From assembly GCA_020536535.1 (NCBI GenBank), contig JAHLWZ010000839.1, positions 21,930 through 85,929 on the forward strand: a DNA stretch of 64,000 nucleotides, written 5' to 3'. The notes beneath the pieces are model-generated. The model worked only from the letters and a program-made list of their open reading frames with translations, was not told where the DNA came from and ran no database searches. This DNA comes from Pelomyxa schiedti. Its lineage: Eukaryota; Protista; Evosea. Positions 51,475 through 62,743 of the stretch are shown piece by piece (position 1 is the stretch's first letter; each line of letters opens with the position of its first letter). The position numbers and the translations under genes are program-made.

Positions 51475-54253
51475 ATGAATAAGGAGCTGACGCCGCCGTA
51501 CAAGTGGGCCGACGACCGATGTGCTGTGTCTATCACGGTTCCGGTTGCGGGAATCGATCCTGCGACCGCTAGGCTCTCGGTTCAGGACGAGGGCAGGGTC
51601 CTGCAGTTGCGCATGACGCAATCGGTGACGTCGAAAGGGACCACGAGTGTTAACAAGTTCAAATTGAACTTGACTTTGTTTGCGCCAATTAGGCAGGAGG
51701 TGTGTGTTTATCCGTCTTGTTCAATGTCATTTACATACGAGACCCCTTTTCTATTACTTGTTTCCCTATTCTTTCTTCATTGTATTTTTATGTTTTCCTT
51801 TCGTTGTGTTAATTTTGCGGGTTATTAACGTACTATCTAGGATTGTGTGGTAGATGTGAACCCCAGGCGTGTGGTGTTAAAATTGCCTAAACTGGAACCT
51901 GGTGTGAAGTGGAAGCAATTGCAAAAAGCCGGAATACCAAAACCACCTTCCGAGTCTATTGACTGGGATAGAGTATAAATTTATCCCTTGTTTTGGAGGA
52001 ATAATCTGTTAAGGTACAACTTGATGATGAAGATGACAACACGGATGTCATAGATATAAGCCCACTTGACAATGCAACACCTGATACCTTTGTTTCGCGT
52101 ATTTTTGCTAAACCGACTATGGTGGTATATTTCCATTCATTCTTTTCTACACTCCTTATTTTATTCAAGTGGCGGAAGTTCTCAACTGCACTCAACCTGC
52201 AAATTGATCAGTAAGCTTTTTACTTCTCCTAGGACAACTTAAAAAAGGAGATTCGCAGGTGGGACATAACTTTTTACTATCTAGTGTTTTTATCCCTACT
52301 CCTGTGCCCCTACACTAAGGTATTGCATAATAATGTGGGTTCTGGTTTTTTTATACGCAAATACAAGGTGGAGGAAAGCTTCAATGTACAAGCGATGCAT
52401 GATATTATGTACCATGGCTGGAACTTGGACAAGGTTTTCCGTGGTAGACAAATTGTTTTATGTTTACTGTAGCACAGTATGACCACTTTGAGTTTCCTGG
52501 CGTTGTTCCTAGGACCTTTATTGGTGCAGTGGCCATAGCCATACCATCTCTTCCTTTAAGTCTTATTCTACGGGTACTGTACTTTCCAAAAGTGCTATCT
52601 CTGTACCTGGGTATTCTAATCGAAAACCCAAATAATCGGATTTGACTGTTTTATAGTGCGGTTTATTCTTGGCTGCACCGTTGCAACATGTTTTGGAAGT
52701 TTCCGAAAGGAAGTTGCTTCTCGTTTTGGTAAGTCTATCTCATTGTCCCTATCTCATACCATACCAGGATATGAAGCTGGCTGTTTCATGACTTTCATTA
52801 CTTTCACCCAATTTCATATCTTATTCTATTCCACACGGCCTTTGCCGAACACATTTGCATTTGCCTTGGGTACAGCACTTCTTTATTTCCAGGATCTAAT
52901 CTGTATCAGTTGTGGTTTCGTTCACACTTTTGTCACGAGGAGGCTACCTCAAAGCTGTAGCAGTTCTGGCCTTCACTTGTATCGTATTTAGGTGTGACGT
53001 TGCTGTTCTTGCTGCTCCGATTGTTCTGGAGATACTGGTGCGCCGCCTTGTACCCATTAGAAAGTTACTGTTTTGGGGAATCGTGGCATCTTTTGCCAGT
53101 CTTGGTAACTTTTTCTTGGAACAAAATCGAAGCATTAACCTCTTCCAGCCCTCACAATAGTTATTGATTCTATATTTTGGAGGCGCCTAATATGGCCTGA
53201 AGGTGTTGTTTTCTATTTTAACACTGTACTGAACAAGAGTCACGAGTGGGGGGTATGTTTGCACTCATCCAGCTCTCCTCTTACTAAGTGCAGATAATGC
53301 CTTGGCACTGGTATTTCACAAGTGCCCTTCCTCGAATGCTTTTATTTTCAGTTGTGTACATCCCATTTGGAATATATGCTGAGCCTAAACGCCTAGGGCC
53401 TCTGGTATTTTTCTTTTTTTTGTTTCTCTTCTCTCACGTTGTGAAAGTATCGCCCCGTTATCATCTTCCTGTGCCTGTATTCCTTCCTTCCTCACAAAGA
53501 ATTGCGCTTTATTATTCATGTAGCTCCAGTTTTGAATGCTATTGCGGCTGTTGGCCTTTCTTATTTGTGAGTCAAACTTGTAAGAAAGTGAGGAATACTC
53601 AGTTACGATCCCAATAGGTGGCGCAGAATCAAGAAGATCACCAAGAGAAAGAGCCTGGCAACACTTCTTTCCATTGTATTGATCTCTGTTATTCTTGTGG
53701 ATGCAGTTGCATCAGCTGGCTTTTTCGCGGCGTCATCATCAAATTATCCTGGTGGCAGAGCCTTAACAAATCTCCATTACTCTGAGCGCACAGGTTTCAT
53801 ATGTACCACACATTCCACTTTGCAATAACTTGTTCGCATGTTGAAGACCCCACTCGCGACTATTACGTGCATATCGATGTGCCGGCTGCCCAAACAGGAA
53901 TATCCCGATTTTTGGAACGCAGTGCTCCATGGAGGTTCATTCAAAGTTCTTATTCACACTCTGCACCAACCTTTGTTTCAAGATACTCCAAGCAGGAAGG
54001 CGAAATCGATGTTGAACAGTTCACACACCTGGTTACGGCCAACAGAACCGTTGCTGGGTTCCATGAAGTAACACACGCGAATGGGTTCTCACATATAAGC
54101 TATTCCAGTGCAATTGCGGCCGTGAAGAGCCTAGCACAATGGCCTCCTGCCCCACGAGAAGCGTGGAATCACCTAAGGTCTATATATGCCCTGGAGCCCA
54201 AAATATTCGTTCACAAGAAAGACCATCACCCTCCCACTCTGAAGCCTTTCTGA
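51475..54253 (+). CDS. ALG12: ALG12 alpha-1,6-mannosyltransferase (GT22), apparently with an N-terminal CS/p23 domain
   Basis: ALG12 signatures [77 protein letters not shown] and AAQTGISRF. Upstream exons encode a CS domain ([29 protein letters not shown]). Confidence 0.9.
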
Positions 54254-54454
54254 GCAACCAAAAGCCAGACACAACAAACCTATGTTCCACAACACTCCAA
54301 CTTGACTTTGGAAAATGAACCAAAAACAAACACTGAAACGCCCTGTGAGAAGTGGCGAAAATTATCCTCTCGTTTTCATCACATTCCGATAAATCCTGTT
54401 ACGTTCCCTTTCTGCTTACATCGTTGTTGGTTGTTTTGGCACACGAGGAAAAAA

Positions 54455-57031
54455 ATGCAGGAGCAGGAGGCTGCAACGACGGACGGATCTAGATCTACGT
54501 CTAACACTACTAGCAGTACCGCCGAAAACGCGACAAATGCTGCCACATCTTCAACGACTACGGCATCTTCGGGTGGTGATGTTTTGAGTGAGGCGCCGGT
54601 GGTTGAAGTGGAACCTCCAGAGGAGGAAAGTGGCGAAAAACCGCCTTTGACGTTTGGTGGGAAGCCGAAAATCCCGTTTGGGCGGCCCAATGCATCCACC
54701 ACAGAACGTATTGTAAAGAGCGTGCCGTACCCTGCTGCCGACCCTATTCCCACTGAAGTCCTTTTTGTTGTGTGTCACGCGTTGCTTTGATCTTCTTATG
54801 CCCGTAAAATCGTAACCTCACTTGATCAGGATGATGGAATTGATGTGGATGCTCTTAGGAAGCACTTAGCCCTTGAGGGTAAACTAAAAGTAATCTCCCT
54901 CAGTCGTTGTATCGAAATCTCTTAAACTAATCCAGGCACAAGACGTTCTCACAATTGTAAAGCGAGTTAAAAATATTTTCCTTAATGAGCCAACTCTTTT
55001 GCATATTGATGCCCCTCTAACCGGTGAGATAAATGTGATCCCCCAGCTTTATGTCTGGCTTGTTGTTATCCATGATGTGAAATGAAGTGTATATGCGGAT
55101 CCATAACCTCACATGTCATCTAGTTTGTGGGGATGTTCACGGCCAGTTCTGGGATCTCATGAAACTACTTGATATTGGAGGGAATGTTCTTAAAACAACA
55201 TATTTATTTCTTGGGGACTATGTTGACCGGGGAAACTTCTCTTGTGAGGTGAGTGACTACTTCTCACCACAGTAACTCAAAAACTGCAGGTGGTTTTTTT
55301 GCTCTATGCACTCAAAATTACCTATCCAAAAACTTTTTGGATGATACGAGGGAACCATGAATGCCGCCATCTGACAGAATTTTTCACATTTAAGCAAGAA
55401 TGTACATCATACTCAACACAGTAGCTTTCTCAGTCTCACAAGGTCTCCACAAGTATAGCCAACAAATTTATGACGCCATCATGGAGTCATTTGATGCTCT
55501 GCCCCTTGGTGCCCTTGTTGCCGGCCATTTCCTATGCATTCACGGTGGGATATCTCCTGAAATTCGTACAGTAGGTCATATAGAAGTTCGCATAGTTCTA
55601 ACTTGATCCCTTGTGCCACTGCAGTTAGATGATATTAAGCGCATTGACAGATTTCATGAACCACCCCAAACTGGTCCCATGTGGCAAGTTTCTTAGATAC
55701 TGGGTTTTTTTTTTAAGTCACTACAGTGATCTTCTGTGGGCTGATCCTGCCGAAAATTTTACGTCTGACGAAGTATAAATACCTAACCCAAGCTCATCCC
55801 AATAACTATCTTTTAGGTTTACTCATTCAATGAAGTTAGAGGGTGTTCTTATGTATTCACGTATGATTTTCATTGTTGCGGCTTTTGTCTAAAGAAAAAA
55901 AAAAAGATTTCGTGCTGCATGTGCTTTTCTGGAACGGAATAGACTTTTGTCGATCATAAGGGCACACGAAGCACAGGATGAAGGATTTAAGATGTATTTG
56001 CATAGGTACTCCATAGATATTAATGTGACTGTATAACAATGATTACTTATTGTACCTTCCGCAAACACTACATATAACTTATGTTTGAAAAACAGGGAAA
56101 ATGCTCCGTTTCCAACAGTGATAACAGTTTTCAGTGCTCCCAACTATCTAGATACATTCAACAACAAAGGTGCTGTTCTCAGGTAAAACCCACATAGGTT
56201 TACTTTATATCACACTCACTTCCTCAGGTATGAACGAAATTGTTTGAATATTCGGCAGTTTAATCAGGTTACTTATCGAAAATTCAAACCATTGTAACTC
56301 TGCACAGGTTCCACATCCCTACTGGCTGCCAAATTTCATGAACGTTTTTACTTGGTCACTCCCCTTTGTAGCTGAGAAGAGTTTGTAACTCAACCACAAT
56401 GTCATTTACCCATGTTCGTTAGTTGCGGAGATGTTGCTTTCATTCCTACGGTTATGTGATGATGCTGATGGAGTTGGGGATGATGATCAGGATGAACGAG
56501 AACTGGACGCACTCTTCGGAAAATCCGAACCTACAAGAACAAGAAAAATTTCCCATGAGCCTGTTAGTGCAACAGACTCTGTAGAAGTTGCCCGAGCAAA
56601 AAGAAAATATGCTTTGCAGCAAAAAATCCTCAGTGTCTCAAGATTTATGTCAATCTTTAACACCTTACGGTACCTTCCCTCTCCCACACACCACCATTTC
56701 ACCTTCCCCTAGAACTGAGCGTGACACTGTTCTTCAAATAAAACAAATGACTGGAGGTGCGTCCGTTCCAAAAGGACTCCTATTGGAGGGACCAAATGCC
56801 CTAATCCAAGGTGACTAAAGCTTGAACTACTTCGTTTTCTAATGTATTTCCCCAAAAGCACTTGGATCCTTCAAGGCGGCGCAACTGGCAGACCGCATGA
56901 ACGAGAGACGACCCCCAATGCCAACAGGAAGCAACACTACATCTCTCACCTCACCCAGAGTTGACGACCCTGGTGGCATTCAGACTCCTTCCCAATCACC
57001 AAATTTATTGTCCACCGATGACACACTGTAA
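54455..57031 (+). CDS. Calcineurin A (PP2B catalytic subunit)
   Basis: [43 protein letters not shown], the B-subunit-binding segment [23 protein letters not shown], a CaM-binding-like segment [16 protein letters not shown] and an autoinhibitory segment DRMNERRPP. Confidence 0.96.
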
Positions 57032-57150
57032 TTTATGTGTAACAACCATGGTACATTACTCCTTTGTAATTAAAATGTGAGTGTGCCCTTGTTTTTTCCA
57101 AAACTCAAATGCAAATTCTTTCTCTTTTAGTCTGTTTTGGGCAAAACACA

Positions 57151-58302
57151 TCACAGCAAAAACTTTTTAGCAGTTTCGTAGGTGAACCAAGTGAGGGAAA
57201 CAGTAGGCACAACTTTGGCATATGAGGGAATGATTCCACGGTAGAATCCACGGATTCCTTGTGTGGAATATATGGAACGGGCAGTTCCTACTGTAGTTAT
57301 GTTGCCAACAACAGCACCCGAGGCCGTGCGCTTCCTTGCTGTGGCCATCATGGTCCGCTTCACTACATCCAGAGGATACATGACTGACATCGCTACACAG
57401 CCGGAAATGGCGCCATAAGCACTGGATAACAGGACGCTCTTGACACGGACTCGGCTCTCGACTGCTTCCTTCACGAGCTCATAGGCAGCAAAGTTGATTG
57501 CGTTGAATGGGGCTACATTCACTATGGAGGCGGTTACTCCAGTAAATAGTGACCGGATTCCCTCTTCAGCAACCATGGTGCTCAGAGTTCCCATGATGCC
57601 TTGGAATTCAGTCAGTGCGATTCGGTACTGCAAGAAGGGTGTATTTACCTTTGTACTTGTCAGCACTGGAGCTACGCCCAACTTGGAGTGTAATGCGGGT
57701 CCTGGCAACATCAAGAGGATGCGTAAGAACCGTGGAGATAACACCAGAGCAGGCACCAACAATAAACTGTGTAATGGAGTCAATTGTTGTTAATTCCAAA
57801 AGGAAAGAGAATGACCTTCCTCCCAGCAGGGAGCTGCTTAGCGCCTGGTGGCATTAGGGCTCGTTTAAACGTTTCAAATGCCAAGAATTTGACGGAGGAA
57901 GTGGGTAATACCTGTTGCAGAAATAAATGAAGGAAACCACAGTTAAGAAAAAGAAACGGTGAGGGAAGAAGCTTACCTTGACGCAGTTAACACCATTTCC
58001 ACGCAAAGAGCCACGAATGCCCTCTGTTTTAATCATCTGGTACACACTCCCCAACACACCAGCACCATAGGGAGAAGTACCATTCACCTATTTGTGATTG
58101 GTGAATTGTTTTCCAAAAAACAAAACAAAACAGCCAACACAACACATATAAAATAACCCATACAGGTACGAACCTGCATGAACACCTTGAGACGTTCCAA
58201 AGGAGCCGTGGCAGTGCGAGACACCACGCCAGCCAATCCACCAGCGAACATCGTGATCGCTCGTTCCTTCATCGTAGCCCCTTGTCTAGCCCCTCGCGGC
58301 AT
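57151..58302 (-). CDS. Mitochondrial carrier family (SLC25) protein, adenine-nucleotide/CoA-carrier-like, no EF hands
   Basis: Three Px[DE]xx[KR] repeats (APLERLKV, HPLDVARTR, YPLDVVKR), plus AGGLAGVVSRTATAP, RGNGVNCVKV and GFYRGIIPSYAKVVP. Confidence 0.92.
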
Positions 58303-58542
58303 CTTTGATGGCAAACGAAACGGTTGGAAGGAGCGTCCGATCAGAAGAAAAAGAGATGGTACAAACAATTGGCTGAATAAAAAAATCAACAGACCGGAAC
58401 ACTGTACTTTTCGTTATCATCGCTCAGGATCGGCGGTCAGGTGTTTTTTTTGTTCAGCCAATTGCCCCAAATGTCAAAAGAAACCTCTTCGGTCTTTGTG
58501 ATGTGGCTGTTCATGTATGGGTAGTCCTTGTGTGTTTGTGGC

Positions 58543-60882
58543 CTAGTCGCGCTTCCTCAAACGCCACATTTTTTCTTTCACCGCGTGGGTATTTGCGTCT
58601 TTGCCACCCATAATGCGCTCGCGACCCTGACTGGTCCGGAAGACCACATACGCGTGCATAGTGCCCGGCTTGCGACTCATATAAGGTCCGGCGACGTGGT
58701 CAACCTCGGCGGAGCCGCCAAAGACCTCCTGAATGTCTAACCAGGTGAGACCCGCTGGGATTCCCTCCACGAGTATCTTATATGTGGGCCTAATTACCGT
58801 AGTTACAATGATGATAGTAATTGTGATATTGGAACTTTGCGGCAGGATCTTCATCACTTATGACAATGACCTCCTTGTTAGACGCCGTTTTTGAGATCTT
58901 TCTTTTGTTGTTTTGTTTGTCTTTTTACGGGGGGTTTATTAACCATGGAGGCAGGGAAGTAGTGTCTGAAAGATGATAAAGACCCAAATTTTTGGATAGA
59001 AAAGCTAGCAGCAAACAGCAGAGGTTGTAAAACAGACCACAGAAGAAGTGTAAACAGCGGTATGTCTCCATTTTGTTTTAGGTCACCCTCACTCAAACAT
59101 AGGGCTCCTTCATGCAAGCAACTCGGTAGGACTGCAGACGAACTTCAGGTATCTTCTCTGTTTTTCTGTTTCGAGTTCTCACACTTTCTAACCACACCAA
59201 ATTAGCCACCAAAATATCAGTCACATTCCCCAGTCAACCAACCAAATCACATTTGCACCCAACCCAACCCCCAACCACTAACACCACCAGAATCCACACC
59301 ACCAAATTTGGAGGTACGATATAAGTACATAGCACCAAAGCCAGCACACACATTCCCATTCAGTGTCAACTTAACCAAATCACACAGTCAACCAAATCAC
59401 ATTTGCACCCAACACCATAATCCACACCACCAACTTCCAGAAGTGTAACAGTGAGTTCCAAAAAAAATAAAACCAAACAGCCAACACAACATTCGTCTGA
59501 TGAACACAGTATGTTATTTTTGTTGGGTTCAGGTGGTTTTTCGTGCTTCTCTCTTCACAGAAGGACCATGGTTGTGTGCTAGCCGTAAAGACACTCGGGA
59601 CTTCTTGCCATCGCCATTTGGGAGCCATATTTGCTTCAGAAGAGCATCGTCTCGCTGCTGTTGTGTATGAAAGAGGATGTAGCAATGAAAGAATCCTGGG
59701 GCAGCGGCGCCCATTGGCAGGATGTTCGATACTAGAAGTGGTGTGTATCCGCATGCATCTGCGAAGGACCTGGCCACTGTTTCTTTGGTGGTACCGTTGG
59801 GAACCAGTTGTACAAGTAATTTCCACTGCTGCTTTATGTGGTCCTTGTCAACTTCACTGTATTTGGAATTAGTATGTGAGACAGTGTTATAGCCTGATGC
59901 AAAACAACAACAACAAAAAGAAACTACACACCTGAGTCGCCCTTGCCCGTGCTCGCTGTTGGCACCGCCACCGCCATCACCACCACTAGAAGTACCACTA
60001 CCACGACCACCGTCATCCCTCGCACCGCCACCCGCGACGCCCAAGCCCAAGCCCACACCCATGCCCATGCCATCAGCTACAGCCTCGTTGGTGTTGGTGT
60101 TGGTGTTGGTGTTGGTGTTGGTGTTGGTGCTGGTGTTGGTGCTGGTGCTGGTGCTGGTGCTGGTGCTGGTGCTGGTGTTGGTGCTGGTGTTGGCGCTGGT
60201 CGTGTTGCCGCTCTCGTTACCCACGTTCACTCCCACAGCTCCCTGTTGTTGTGCCGCCGGCTCCTTTTTGTCGTCGGGCCCACCTCCGAGTAGCGGTTGC
60301 TTCTCCTGCTCTACCTGCTGCACGGGTTTTGGCGATGGCGACGTTGCTGTTGTCGCAGGATCCGGATCGGCCACCACCACCACCACAGCCCCCGCCGCCT
60401 CACCCTGTTGTTGCTGTTGATGCTCAACCTCTTGTTCCCGTTGCACTGGTTTCGATGACGGCGAGGCAGTTGAAGTTGGTGTGGTTGTGGTTGATGTTGC
60501 TGCCGTAGTAACGTCGGCCGCCGCAACCGCTGCTTCATCCTTTTTGTCATCTCCAAGTTCTTTTTGTTTCGGTGATTCTGATGATGGCTGTCGTTGGCGA
60601 CGGTGCCGTCTCGAGATCCGCCGACGCCGACGGGACCGTAGTAGTAGGCGGTGCTGGGGCTGGAGGGGCAGGCCACAGCGGCACGCCCGGCGCCGCCTGT
60701 GCGCTGCCGTCGGCCGCCGCGTCTGCTGCCCTGTGGACCGCGCGTTTGCTTCTGTAGAGGCCGCGGCCGCGGGGCTCCCCCTCTGTTGCAGCAGCTCCAC
60801 TCCTCCTCCTTGCTCCATCGTCTTCGTTCTCGTCGTCGTAGCCACCCTCTTCGCCGCGGCGCGTGCTCATAGTTGCCCCCAT
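58543..60882 (-). CDS. Low-complexity protein with one or two divergent RRM-like domains (gene structure uncertain; may be two genes or degenerate)
   Basis: RRM-like segments KLLVQLVPNGTTKETVARSF..HCYILF and KILVEGIPAGLTWLDIQEVF..HAYVVF. An in-frame stop at 59529 lies between them and was not resolved. Confidence 0.5.
60087..60200. repeat. (TGGTGY)n hexamer microsatellite encoding poly-(Asn-Thr/Ser-Thr) on the minus strand
   Basis: Directly visible tandem TGGTGT/TGGTGC array. Confidence 0.9.
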
Positions 60883-62222
60883 TCCTCCTTATTCTTTTAT
60901 TATATTATTATGGCGCGCCCTCCCGAGATTTAAAATGTGTGTGTCACGTTTCCCCTGCGCGTCACTCAATTAATCTATTATGTTCCCACAATGCCGACTC
61001 AGGGGCATATTCTTAGCAACAAACCCGATGTTGACACGGGCAGGATCCCTTTACTGTCACCCCTACTTCAAAAAAGAGGGATAGTCGAAATGTAATACGA
61101 GTGATACAAAAAAAAGTAGTATCTCCACCACACTTCTTTCTTTGTATCTCCCCACCAAAGAGTAAGAATGTTATATTATATTCCTTATCACCCACGGAAT
61201 TCTGTTGTTTCCCGGCAAGACTAGAAGAGCTGGCTTCTATACTATCTTGAGAAGAAAGTTTTCTTGACTTCAAAAGCGCAAGTCAAGGATGGCACTGCAG
61301 TGGCAACTGGTACTCAGTCAATCTGGAACAGAAAAAGTTGAGCCCACGTGGAAAACAGGTACCTTTATGATGAGGACCACCTTGTTATTTTCTTGTATTA
61401 TCCCCTAATAGTAAAGATTGCAGGAGAAAGTTTTATCATGAAGTCCCCACAGGATCCAAATGGCTTCTCACAAAGAGGACTCGAAGAGTTGCTGATTGTG
61501 AGCTTCCCTTGCGCCGATGCGGTTATTGTTGGTGGACAGTTCAGAGAGAAATGGGCTCTAGTGTGGTGAGCGGCGAATGTGTTCGTTCCGTGACGGCGGA
61601 TTGCGTGTGGTGGTGGATTCCAAGCCTCCCAGGCCACTCCCTCCACACCTCCAACTACATGGTGCTAGTAAATCCGCTCCTTTCTCGCAAGTCCTGTTTC
61701 ATCTGGCGCTCTTCTGTGTCCCCAGCATTACTGGATCCACTCCAAATTGCACAAAACCGGAGCCGAACATTTGTGTGTTGACCTCAGTTCCTCCCACATC
61801 AACCACATCGTCCCATCCATTCCCCCTTTTGCACCGTTTCCTTTTTTTGTACTTCGGTTGTTTGCTTGTTTGCAGTGAATGTTTTTTTGCCCCTCTTATG
61901 CATAGCGTGGTGCACGTGGCATGCACTTACGAGTAGTGCACATGGAGTTTCACTGTTGCAATGACGTGTACGCTCGGTGAGTGCAACTGCGCCGCCAACT
62001 GTGCAACTGCCAGCCGTTGTTGTTGCTGTTGCGTTTATGTGCGGCGTTTGCTCGTTGTGATGAATTTTTTAGCTCTTGAAAAGACACTCACTACCCGAAA
62101 AGCGCATTTTTTAAAATTTTCCCAAGGCTAGTTTGTCGAAAGTATACTTTTGCTGGGAAACAACAACAAACAAACACAACAAAGGTAAAAAAAAATAGGC
62201 AGTGGTGGGGTCGTGTTATGCT

Positions 62223-62673
62223 GCTCATTTCTACCACCATTTGGCTCATATCTACTTCACTGCCCATTTCTACCCCGCTCATTTCTACCACCATTTGTTG
62301 ATGGGGCTCATATCTAACACCTCTTGATTCTCTTGAAGACAAAAAAGGGGTGTATCTTACTCTTTACTTTTAACACGCTGCTTAATGTACATTAAGCAGG
62401 TACTTGTGCAGAGCTCCAAGAGCTCTGCACAACGATTGCACCACAATGCTCATTTCTACTTCACTGCCCATTTCTACTGCTCGTTTCTAAACGCAAAGCT
62501 CATATCTACTTCACTGCTCATATCTACTTCACTGCCCATTTCTACCCCGCTCATTTCTACCACCATTTGGCTCATATCTACTTCACTGCCCATTTCTACC
62601 CCGCTCATTTCTACCACCATTTGTTGATGGGGCTCATATCTAACACCTCTTGATTCTCTTGAAGACAAAAAAG
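62223..62673. repeat. Minisatellite (core GCYCATWTCTAC) containing an exact 125-bp direct duplication
   Basis: 62223-62347 is identical to 62549-62673. About 16 core copies occur in units of 13-29 nt. Confidence 0.9.
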
Positions 62674-62743
62674 TTGCCTCACGGAAGTATTTAAAGAGGG
62701 CGAAATTTTTTGATGTGGACCTGGGTTAACAGAAAATTTGCTA

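Noticed and set aside
1-57031. A functional Ca2+/calmodulin/cAMP gene cluster (cyclase, STRA6-like protein, kinase, calcineurin)
   Set aside because: The genes are dispersed among unrelated housekeeping genes, and neighbourhood alone is not evidence of co-function in a eukaryote.
59943-60420. Plus-strand ORFs with poly-(Leu-Val) or poly-(Gly-Val/Gly-Ala)
   Set aside because: These are antisense read-outs of the TGGTGY microsatellite. The minus-strand Asn/Ser/Thr frame connects to the RRM-like region.
60950-62200. Possible gene or structured ncRNA (short hairpin TGCACT..AGTGCA near 61922 and an Sm-site-like AATTTTTTAG near 62063)
   Set aside because: Only short ORFs without recognisable motifs. 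The hairpin and T run are too short to exceed chance, and no snRNA or tRNA signature was recognised.
62223-62673. CRISPR-like array
   Set aside because: The linkers are short and reused rather than unique spacers, there are no cas genes, and the context is eukaryotic.
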